Positions 36,601 to 43,886 of a DNA stretch of 52,057 bases are shown here, piece by piece. This stretch comes from a virus (Duplodnaviria > Heunggongvirae > Uroviricota > Caudoviricetes). Each line of letters starts with the position of its first letter. Positions within the stretch are counted from its first letter, which is position 1. A model generated the notes under the pieces. It was given only the letters and a program-made list of their open reading frames with translations, did not search any database and was not told the DNA's origin. Position numbers and translations under genes: made by a program. The DNA lies in IMG/VR virus record IMGVR_UViG_3300031951_000044; one strand, given 5' to 3'.

Positions 36601-38802
36601 ACCACCGTTAACAAATGAACCGCCAAAATCACCATCAAAATATTTTGCTTTAGTATTAAATAAATTAATTTTTTCAGCAAATGGTAACTCACATGCAAAA
36701 TACCTATCTTCCCCAAGATAAGAACCTAAGCCAATTACGGTGTCAATTCGATTTATGTACATAGATGTATGTCTCCAAGGACTATTAAAAGAATCTTGTG
36801 CATTTCCAGTTATTGAATTAGTTGGTTGCCCAAAATATCTACCGGCTTGTAAAACCAATGCAACATTTTGATCAACAACATCGCCTTGGGTGAGGCATGG
36901 TGTGTTTAAATTAACCGATGTAACATCTATTGGTGCCAACAACAGCCCCGTATTGCCCACATCTTCAATTCCGGGGACTTCATCATTTACCGCTGAATTA
37001 CTATCTGTTACATCCGATTTACAATCTTCACATAATGAACAATCTGGATATGTTAACATCGGTAATCTAAGGGTTAAAATATCTTTACACTCGATTGGTT
37101 CTGGACATGGTTTTCTTCTTAAACCTAAACTTCTTAATAATCTACATGCTGGTATGATTATTGAATTATAAATTCTACAAAATAATCGTGAAATGAATGC
37201 TATTAAATGAATCGGTATTAATAAACCAAAAATTAAAAAATAAATAATCAATAAAAATATTGATGATATCGTATAAAATAAATTAGTATTTCTTACACCA
37301 TCTGTGGTTGGAAACTTATTATTTTCGCTTTCACATCTCGTATCAGTAATTTCTTTTATTCCAATAAATCTTTGTTTACCAGTACCATTATGGTATTGGT
37401 CAATTAATTGTGATACTGTATATAATTTTTTGTATTTAAACACATAAAACTTATCAACACAATTAATTGCATCAAAAATCATTTGATTTCCAATTGTCGT
37501 CCCAGTATTACCATAGTCATTCCAATCTAAACTAAAAGCATATGATGCTAAAACATCAAAAGGAATTGTTGATGGTGGTTGATTTGTATCTTGTGCTGTT
37601 GGTACTGGGTCATCATCTGATGATGTCCAACCATATTCTCGTATATTTGGAACCAAGTAATAACCTCTTTTTGTTCCCTCAGATAAATCAGAAGATTGTT
37701 GCCATTTAACTTTAAATCGATATTTTGCTGAGGTTGGAATACCGATTGATGGATTAGCACTTAATATCGTTTCACCAAATTCATTTGTTGTTACAAAGTC
37801 CAAATTCATTGGTAAATCAACAACCCAAGTACCGTCTTCATCGATTACTCTACCACCGTTTTCTAATCTGAACTCTTCTAAAACTGGTCGATTATTATCA
37901 TCTAAAAAAATTGTTTGTCTTATTGCCAATATTTCTCCCGGACCAGCAACCAAATTACATAAATCACCACCTTCAGATGCTGGTTTACATCTTCTTTTTA
38001 TCTTATATTTATCAGCATCTGAAATCATGGAACCGATAAAAACAGATGTCGGTTCAATCTCAATACCCAATTTTCTTAAATCGAAATCCAAACGATGAAT
38101 TTTGGTTTGACATAAATCTTCTTGTCCCCAAAATGGTTCAACTGATATTTCAATTACTTCACTTACAATTTGTGGTAATGAATCAAGATTTTCTGATGCT
38201 TTAAAAAGAGTACCATCAATTTGTGTTTGTGTTGCACGACCCATTCTTATCAAATCTTGTGGCGATAATGAAAATGGTCCCATATCCGATAAATCTAAAT
38301 CCATAAAAACCGTTTGATTACCAAGTGGTACTCCAAATATCATATAATCACCACTTTCGTTTGTTTTAACCGTGAATTTATAATATTTGTCATATATTTC
38401 AATAACTGTATTATCAACCAAAACATCATTTATGGATGGAAATGTTCCTGTTGGTGTATGACCAGCATGTTGTTTTATATATGGTAAAAGATTATAACGA
38501 TATCCGTCTTCGTTAACATCAGAAACTTTTCTATAAGGATATAAAGTTGATATTACAGGATTTAAAGCGTCTTCATCGGATATTGGTACAAATACGCTAA
38601 TTTTAGCATTTGGAATACCGTAACCACCATTTGCTATTACCCTACCAGTGATTACTCCAAAATCAGCGCAAGATCTTGGATATATTTCTTCGGGTCTAAA
38701 TTTTAAAGAAAGAATTTCAAGAAAATCATAATCCTGTTCTAAATTAACCTGTATTTGTTTGTTAATTCCAAGCTCAGTCCTTATCCTATACGATTTTCCC
38801 AT
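33688..38802 (-). CDS. Large baseplate/tail-associated protein with N-terminal carboxypeptidase-regulatory-like beta domain and an internal hydrophobic segment
   Basis: 1704 aa; ITGRVIANGGYGIPNAKISVF...TVKTNESGDYMIFGVPLG; hydrophobic run LFYTISSIFLLIIYFLIFGLLIPIHLIAFI. Confidence 0.6.
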   Translation of the reverse strand: MGKSYRIRTELGINKQIQVNLEQDYDFLEILSLKFRPEEIYPRSCADFGVITGRVIANGGYGIPNAKISVFVPISDEDALNPVISTLYPYRKVSDVNEDGYRYNLLPYIKQHAGHTPTGTFPSINDVLVDNTVIEIYDKYYKFTVKTNESGDYMIFGVPLGNQTVFMDLDLSDMGPFSLSPQDLIRMGRATQTQIDGTLFKASENLDSLPQIVSEVIEISVEPFWGQEDLCQTKIHRLDFDLRKLGIEIEPTSVFIGSMISDADKYKIKRRCKPASEGGDLCNLVAGPGEILAIRQTIFLDDNNRPVLEEFRLENGGRVIDEDGTWVVDLPMNLDFVTTNEFGETILSANPSIGIPTSAKYRFKVKWQQSSDLSEGTKRGYYLVPNIREYGWTSSDDDPVPTAQDTNQPPSTIPFDVLASYAFSLDWNDYGNTGTTIGNQMIFDAINCVDKFYVFKYKKLYTVSQLIDQYHNGTGKQRFIGIKEITDTRCESENNKFPTTDGVRNTNLFYTISSIFLLIIYFLIFGLLIPIHLIAFISRLFCRIYNSIIIPACRLLRSLGLRRKPCPEPIECKDILTLRLPMLTYPDCSLCEDCKSDVTDSNSAVNDEVPGIEDVGNTGLLLAPIDVTSVNLNTPCLTQGDVVDQNVALVLQAGRYFGQPTNSITGNAQDSFNSPWRHTSMYINRIDTVIGLGSYLGEDRYFACELPFAEKINLFNTKAKYFDGDFGGSFVNGGIGGANQIKVYVEPNLNNSATTYHLDNTYILIVDPETLENYTQGRLVSFQDFLLSNDFNVTGNSGNSIIGSGNTGLTQINVTYANPQDTPLVLNPTPLSTTYNVNFTEGSPEYKYPTDIEYFQVITGMTYTEFMSKVNPSGVNDLASRYLNYIVNIKRSRKLFTPLTQLGFPPYNFTTLLPVDSSCPPIQPYGNLSICDNTITDVCSLSAITAFNNYQNFGVIILNRGVDVNTERVNISYDLSRIFGYTTYTDNNIVNGNYKLNVPIQPNYRLANHNNLSNNANDGDYFNRFIYYPSYNTDFNTSFSSYTTNLHTYYSSLDLSSVTSNFTVNNNYPWTQLTVGHITVAAGSQLELRTGGPISSAFIGCGGYFETTFGGSDIGEYIEGGSYTYQRPEGYFVYDQNCVSTPSSPNANNCDNNEETFIYFAPKYDSGNTLTVSASTRLVFRSDRLPTSTNLDQDFVYFGLFGNQNNSAPGQQNNNFFIYLYGEDSTGEGIGQPWLDSAVDVEVTSDVDGNTISDTQDDYDNNSGGPNISGIINSLSCESLVDLSCYQNGTPATLSETASTDNCNRTGPNIAVDNGCYILVKRAILDLNPLQENNDFAQLGEWVGRLRLNLGACLGVISHTFVNSWVNGVLYHFAIKNNRFFDNQNNQPYSLYCSDVVILDPNTNNYYYRSSPYNTTFNQFIGKSTINSVQDKNLLYPTTIMDLGPLNSYTNELIYGPEYEGYVANKLKPTSYQDVTEILQLFFLSRLTNANSLALALGVGQNSGVAALFKNQRGDSKKRIDGDYAQSIQINSQFGVFEFSPDQYNNSDIYFGGNADGGLLGIFFDGDNQNRDLISPRRLIFSESPLVGQQIPIFTQKVPYYKWYIEPNTSLIFGNQNNDWSMSIGSHPYQLLDRISSDFFRGNANSAEESYRGFITNVNPSGTNISLLGSSGPNPTIIGGPWYFYFGLKNAATAIDKFYLKYVE

Positions 38803-39068
38803 TTCTTCTTTAACGATAAATAGTTGATGATGTTTTTTTAGAAAACATACAACAATTTATATTAAATTAAATATAAATTAATTGAATTTTATGGTGATTA
38901 TTGACATTGTAACCCAATTAAATTTAGTAATACATATTATCATACAAAAAAAGAAAATGGATAATGAAATTTGGAAAGGTGATAAAAGTACAAGGTGTTT
39001 GGTTAAAAAAATATCATTTAACTGTAAAAAATAATCACAAATGATTACAACTGGATTTGGAAAATAAC

Positions 39069-39827
39069 TCATTTTAAATTATGAACCACCTTCATTTTAT
39101 AAATTTTCTTTTTAAAGTTGTTTATTTCACCTTTGATTCGTTTTTCGCTATAAGATGCAAAATCTTCCTTTGATTTAAATTTTTTAATAAATGGAATATT
39201 AGAACTCTTTATTTCGTTCCATTTTTTTTCTGATAAATTTTTATTAAAATCAAAGTTATTTATTTCATTTAAATCTTTAATAAATGAATTTAGTGTTTCA
39301 CTGTCATCATACATATTTTCTAAATAAGCGTCTTGTTCAACTTTTGAAGTAATGTAATAATAATATAAAATTAATTCTAGTGTATTATCTGAACCACCAA
39401 AAACATTTATTACAAATTTTTCAAAATCTGGTGTATATAAATCTTTAATAAAATTACTTTCTTTAAATGGTTTTGATTTATTTAAATAACGCATTAAGTC
39501 TTGATATGCGTGTTTAAATTCATGTTGGATAAAAGAAACGCTACTATTAATTGTTATATAAACGGTATATAAACCTGTTTTTTTATCATAACCTGATTTT
39601 TGTTCATCATAATGTGGTATTCCATTTAAAGTAACAACCATTTTATCAATTGGAAAATCTTTATATTGTTCTGGGTAATCTTTACCCAAAATTATAATCT
39701 TATCTTCCTCAGTATCTAAAAATTTCATAACAATAGGTGTCCATACTCTAGATTTTGACGTAATGCCACCACTTTCAGTTAAATTATATAAATATTTAAG
39801 TTGACTTTCTGTTATTATAATTTTCAT
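39069..39827 (-). CDS. Putative zincin metallopeptidase with 'IITESQL' leader
   Basis: IQHEFKHAYQD (HExxH) with downstream EQDAY; N-term MKIIITESQLKYL. Confidence 0.55.
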   Translation of the reverse strand: MKIIITESQLKYLYNLTESGGITSKSRVWTPIVMKFLDTEEDKIIILGKDYPEQYKDFPIDKMVVTLNGIPHYDEQKSGYDKKTGLYTVYITINSSVSFIQHEFKHAYQDLMRYLNKSKPFKESNFIKDLYTPDFEKFVINVFGGSDNTLELILYYYYITSKVEQDAYLENMYDDSETLNSFIKDLNEINNFDFNKNLSEKKWNEIKSSNIPFIKKFKSKEDFASYSEKRIKGEINNFKKKIYKMKVVHNLK

Positions 39828-39829
39828 TT

Positions 39830-40180
39830 TTAGTTATAATTTTCATCAATATATTTTACTAATTTTTCTAAGGATGCCATTTTAATTCTTTTATCGTTTT
39901 TAGAATTACGGGGTTCAAAATCTTTATTTACAAATGTAAATATACCAAATGTCATTTGTATTCTACCAATAAACTGATTGTTTTTAGTAACATCCCATAA
40001 TGGAAAAAATCCATTAATCTGGTTTGCAACTGTGGAACCAATCTCTAAATATTCTTGGAACGAATCCTCAGTAGAGGATTCCGGACCCGGTTTAATACCA
40101 ATAAGTTCATTAATATTTTTTTTATTTTGGTACATTTCCAAAATAGCTTGTTTTTCGGTTTTAGAAATTTTAAAATTCAT
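39830..40180 (-). CDS. Hypothetical protein with leader-like N-terminus
   Basis: 116 aa; MNFKISKTEKQAILEMY. Confidence 0.6.
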   Translation of the reverse strand: MNFKISKTEKQAILEMYQNKKNINELIGIKPGPESSTEDSFQEYLEIGSTVANQINGFFPLWDVTKNNQFIGRIQMTFGIFTFVNKDFEPRNSKNDKRIKMASLEKLVKYIDENYN

Positions 40181-40324
40181 ATTTTAATTGTATTAATTGT
40201 TTATTTATCAAAAATAAGTAATATGACTGATATTTGCAAAATTACCTATTTGATAAATATATCCAAAAAAAAAAGATTGATTTTTTTTAAAAAATTTTAT
40301 TTTATTTTTAATTCAACATATAAA

Positions 40325-42163
40325 TTATGAAAAGCTAACACCTTTAAAATTCTTAACCCTTACCGTAATATCTTTTTGAGGATATCTAATTTGATAAATT
40401 TGTTTTGGTTCTGCAAAAAGTGTATCATCAATCGGTTGAATTTGTTTGGTGTTGTTATCCAAATAGGGTTGAGATGTTTCTGCTGATGAATATTGTCCGC
40501 CTACCTTATTAAAGAAATCCAATGATGTTATTGTAATAACGCCATTTAATGATTGAATCAATCTTCTTATTTCGGATATATAAGCATTTTCACCAAGTTG
40601 TCTTGTTAAAGGATTAAAATAAGTTGTTATTGTATTAATAATATCAGAAACAACCGCACCTTGATTTTGTGTTGCATCTAAAACAACTGAAACATCAACA
40701 GTTAAATCAATAACTTCAGCGGTTTCAATTGAAACATAATCATTTATCATTCTATAGTTCGATAAATAATTAGCTAAATTATTTTTTAATGTATTTGAAA
40801 CTATTTGTGTTAATTTACCCGAAGAATCAAATGATAATATTTTAACCTTAATTTTATTATCTTCCTCAACAATTGCAACTTTTGCTGGTGCGCCAAATTG
40901 TCCCGGCATTTTTCTAATTAATGCTTCATAATCGCTTATTGTTACCGCTCTATTTTGTGCGGAAAAATTAAATGAAACATAATTCCTAACCTCTTCTAAT
41001 GTTGGTGCATTTGCTCCACCAATAGCTGCGGTAACGTTTGAACATCTTAATGAATTTATAACTGAGGTATTAACACTTTGTGATGGACCGTTAACCGCAA
41101 AATTTGCTGTATTAACTTGTGTGATTACGTTAACACCTAAATTCGTTGATAAACCGCCACCAACTCGATATTGAACAAATAATGTTGTGTTAGGTTTTAG
41201 TGCGGAACCTAACGCCATATTATTTTGATATTTTTGTATATTAAGCGGAGTTCCTAATCTGGTAAACTCCCTAAGTTGCTCTTCAGCACTTACATTACCA
41301 CCACCAAATGTCATTTTCAAAAATCCTTGAGGGGTAAATTCTGTTATAAATCGTTGATTTGTTGTTATGTATTTTCCAACCTTAATTCCGGGTTGGTCTG
41401 ATGGTTTTGTTGGGTCTTCGATAAAAATTCTATCTTCAACAAGAGCATCAACTTCATACCATCTTCCTGAAGTACCAAGAAATTCTTGTACTGAAGGAAC
41501 ATTAGCATATGATACACCATCTTTTTGAATAACCGATGTAACACCCAAAACATTCTTTTCTGGTAAAAATAAGTCAAGAAATGGTCTAACATCAGCATTT
41601 GTTATAACTTTTTTGAACACCTTTGTGATACCATTAACAACAACATCTCTTTTAACTATGGTATAATTTATAAGAATATTGTTTGCATCAAAATTTGGAA
41701 TTTTTAATCTGTTTGGGAACCCTTCATTATTAAAAGGTGACGCAAAATCAATATCGTGAACGGTTTCAAAAATTTGTCCCGCACCCGATACCTGACTTCC
41801 CCTTCTTAATATTCCCAAATATCTTTCATCTTCTTTATCACCAAAAACTGGAACCGTAATTGAAAAATCAACGAGCGCAACAGAAGGTCTTTGACCCGGT
41901 ATTTTTAATCCGTAAGTTCTTGCGATATTAAAAACTGATGATTTTTGTTGCGCATACTGTAATACCGTTTCTTGTATGCTTCTATCAATATGAAAATGTA
42001 AGTTATCTGTGACAGCAGCATTTAAATCCATTAAAACAGAAAATACCGAAGCATCATTAAAATTGCTAATTAAGTCGGGATAATACGTATTAACATAATT
42101 AATTAAATCTTGTCTTATTGCAACAAAATCTCTATCGGTATAATTTATTCTTCTTTCTGCCAT
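40325..42163 (-). CDS. Baseplate wedge subunit (T4 gp6 / baseplate J-like)
   Basis: NYTDRDF..IRQDL N-terminus; VQYRVGGG..TN; GGANAPTLEEVR...QNRAVTISDYEAL; directly downstream of the gp25-like gene. Confidence 0.85.
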   Translation of the reverse strand: MAERRINYTDRDFVAIRQDLINYVNTYYPDLISNFNDASVFSVLMDLNAAVTDNLHFHIDRSIQETVLQYAQQKSSVFNIARTYGLKIPGQRPSVALVDFSITVPVFGDKEDERYLGILRRGSQVSGAGQIFETVHDIDFASPFNNEGFPNRLKIPNFDANNILINYTIVKRDVVVNGITKVFKKVITNADVRPFLDLFLPEKNVLGVTSVIQKDGVSYANVPSVQEFLGTSGRWYEVDALVEDRIFIEDPTKPSDQPGIKVGKYITTNQRFITEFTPQGFLKMTFGGGNVSAEEQLREFTRLGTPLNIQKYQNNMALGSALKPNTTLFVQYRVGGGLSTNLGVNVITQVNTANFAVNGPSQSVNTSVINSLRCSNVTAAIGGANAPTLEEVRNYVSFNFSAQNRAVTISDYEALIRKMPGQFGAPAKVAIVEEDNKIKVKILSFDSSGKLTQIVSNTLKNNLANYLSNYRMINDYVSIETAEVIDLTVDVSVVLDATQNQGAVVSDIINTITTYFNPLTRQLGENAYISEIRRLIQSLNGVITITSLDFFNKVGGQYSSAETSQPYLDNNTKQIQPIDDTLFAEPKQIYQIRYPQKDITVRVKNFKGVSFS

Positions 42164-42171
42164 TTTAATAA

Positions 42172-42633
42172 TTAAATATTAAGAATAATAAAATCTGTGG
42201 AACCAAAAGCACTACTTGTATCAACATAATCGATTCTTACTTTTGCTGTATATTCATATGTTTGTTTTGCCGGTTCTCCAACAGTTCTATTAATCACATT
42301 ACCCGCAGTTGTAACAAAGGATGAATCTTCTTCGCTACTTGCTGCTGTTACGGTAATATTTTTTATTTGTAGTTGAGGTATAAATTTTTCAACCGCTTCT
42401 CTAATATCAGATTCAATACTACCAAAAGTGGGACCATCCAATGGTTCAAAGATATATTCATAAAGTCTGGTACCAAAGTCGGGAAGATAATATCTGGTTC
42501 CTTTTTTTGTAAGTAATAAATGAATCAAATTTGAACGCAATTCATCATTTGTGTAGTTGGATAACTCCAAATATTTCCCCTCTGAGGATTCTCTAAAGGG
42601 AAATATTATACCGTATGTTTTTCCTTCCGCCAT
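42172..42633 (-). CDS. Baseplate wedge/sheath-initiator protein (T4 gp25-like)
   Basis: SNLIHLLLTKKGTRYYLPDFGTRLYEYIFEP...IREAVEKFIP, the GPW_gp25 signature. Confidence 0.9.
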   Translation of the reverse strand: MAEGKTYGIIFPFRESSEGKYLELSNYTNDELRSNLIHLLLTKKGTRYYLPDFGTRLYEYIFEPLDGPTFGSIESDIREAVEKFIPQLQIKNITVTAASSEEDSSFVTTAGNVINRTVGEPAKQTYEYTAKVRIDYVDTSSAFGSTDFIILNI

Positions 42634-42655
42634 TTAAAATAGTGATTCGTTAACA

Positions 42656-42701
42656 ATAAATATAGTAGAATAACAATTTTTAGAAATGGTATAATATTTA
42701 T
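42656..42701. promoter_or_regulatory. Divergent candidate promoters: ATATTTAT on minus (42656..42663) and plus (42694..42701) strands
   Basis: The same 8-mer faces outward toward both flanking genes; the same arrangement occurs at 51855..51862 and 51907..51914. Confidence 0.45.
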
Positions 42702-42746
42702 GGTTATGAAAAAGATTAAATTAACAGAATCAGATTTATATAGGAT
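42694..42746 (+). repeat. 53-bp dispersed exact repeat, copy 1 (promoter motif + start of leader)
   Basis: atatttatggttatgaaaaagattaaattaacagaatcagatttatataggat, identical to 51907..51959. Confidence 0.9.
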
Positions 42747-43599
42747 TGTTAGAAAGGTTCTTCTTGAGCAAGAGGAAGAAAATAACAGAAGAATCTTCAA
42801 TAAGAATCCAGAATATTTTAAAACGATTCTTGAAAATGTATTTAGAAATGATTCTGAGAAATTAACAAGAGTTTTTAATAAACAATATGATAAGGTTATT
42901 ATTAATGGGGATTTGGATTTAAGAGATACACAAATTCAATCATTACCGGATAATCTTCATGTTGGGGGAAGTTTGTATTTACAAGGAACACCAATTCAAT
43001 CCTTACCGGATAATCTTCATGTTGGGGGAAGTTTGTATTTAAGAGGAACACCAATTCAATCCTTACCGGATAATCTTCGTGTTGGGGGAAGTTTGAGTTT
43101 AGTAGGAACACCAATTCAATCCTTACCGGATAATCTTCATGTTGGGGGAAATTTGAGTTTAGTAGGAACACCAATTCAATCCTTACCGGATAATCTTCAT
43201 GTTGGGGGAGATTTGAGTTTAGTAGGAACACCAATTCAATCCTTACCGGATAATCTTCATGTTGGGGGAGATTTGTGGTTAAATGAAACACCAATTAAAT
43301 CCTTACCGGATAATCTTCATGTTAAGAAAAATTTGGAGTTATATGATACACCAATCCAATCCTTGCCGGATAATCTTCATGTTGGGGGAAATTTGAATTT
43401 ATATGGATGCAAAAATCTTAAATCCTTACCGGATAATCTTCATGTTGGGGGAGATTTGAGTTTAGTAGGAACACCAATTCAATCCTTACCGGATAATCTT
43501 AAGGTTGTAGGTGTTATTTCAATCGGTGGAACTCCGTTAAATAATGATATTGATTTGATTTTGAAATATCAGGTAAAGGGTTATAGGTTTTATGTATAA
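42706..43599 (+). CDS. Leucine-rich-repeat protein (10 x 20-aa repeats) with MKKIKLTESDL leader
   Basis: Repeats GTPIQSLPDNLHVGGxLxLx; start placed at 42706 by identity with the paralogue start at 51919. Confidence 0.9.
   Translation: MKKIKLTESDLYRIVRKVLLEQEEENNRRIFNKNPEYFKTILENVFRNDSEKLTRVFNKQYDKVIINGDLDLRDTQIQSLPDNLHVGGSLYLQGTPIQSLPDNLHVGGSLYLRGTPIQSLPDNLRVGGSLSLVGTPIQSLPDNLHVGGNLSLVGTPIQSLPDNLHVGGDLSLVGTPIQSLPDNLHVGGDLWLNETPIKSLPDNLHVKKNLELYDTPIQSLPDNLHVGGNLNLYGCKNLKSLPDNLHVGGDLSLVGTPIQSLPDNLKVVGVISIGGTPLNNDIDLILKYQVKGYRFYV
42906..43520 (+). repeat. 60-bp coding tandem repeat, 10 units
   Basis: Units aligned on consecutive 60-nt lines (core ccaattcaatccttaccggataatcttcatgttggggga); one unit has a 3-nt insertion. 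Confidence 0.95.
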
Positions 43600-43604
43600 A
43601 ATTA

Positions 43605-43637
43605 AAAAAATCCCCAACTTATGATTGGGGATTTTTT
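43605..43637. terminator. Bidirectional intrinsic terminator between convergent genes
   Basis: 13-bp perfect stem aaaaaatccccaa / ttggggatttttt with 7-nt loop; A- and T-tracts on both sides. Confidence 0.85.
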
Positions 43638-43828
43638 AATTTTGTATTTCCTTTTTGCGCTCTTGGTTCATAAGGACAATGTAAACAACCGGAACCACAA
43701 CAATAACCTCGTTTTTTATGAAAATTTTCGGTCATAACTTTTTTACCATCCGAATTGACATAAAAATCAGAATCTTTATTTTGCAATGTTTCTTTAATGT
43801 ATTGTTCTGTTATCCAATCGTTTTTCAT
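43619..43828 (-). CDS. DUF5522-like small Cys-rich protein
   Basis: FHKKRGYCCGSGCLHCPY motif. Confidence 0.8.
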   Translation of the reverse strand: MKNDWITEQYIKETLQNKDSDFYVNSDGKKVMTENFHKKRGYCCGSGCLHCPYEPRAQKGNTKLKNPQS

Positions 43829-43886
43829 TTCTATTTTTCATTATTTTTTTTTAATGTTATCATTTAAAATAATTAAAAAAATTTAA

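Noticed and set aside
38803-39068. tRNA or structured ncRNA in the largest intergenic gap
   Set aside because: Very AT-rich; no cloverleaf, T-loop GTTC motif or stable GC stem seen by eye
1399-40330. Numerous short plus-strand or alternate-frame ORFs (e.g. 1399..1713, 1931..2254, 7572..7778, 9927..10154, 11059..11418, 21342..21614, 22443..22775, 36890..37171, 40055..40330)
   Set aside because: Each lies entirely or largely within a longer, motif-bearing ORF; they are explained by codon bias and low-complexity antisense reading
40325-42633. Bacterial extracellular contractile injection system or T6SS locus
   Set aside because: The gp25/gp6-like genes are embedded among primase, helicase, RNR, resolvase and exonuclease genes typical of a lytic phage genome
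42902-43294. Minus-strand 130-aa ORF with QHEDYPVRIELVFLL repeats
   Set aside because: Antisense shadow of the LRR repeat; the plus-strand frame has the recognisable fold, leader and terminator
42906-43520. 60-bp tandem repeats as a CRISPR array
   Set aside because: Units are contiguous and in frame within an LRR ORF, with no unique spacers and no cas genes
42706-43599. A complete diversity-generating retroelement
   Set aside because: No reverse transcriptase, accessory gene or separate template repeat in the window; some variant codons (tgg, gag) need non-AAY templates. Kept only as a hypothesis in the LRR finding.
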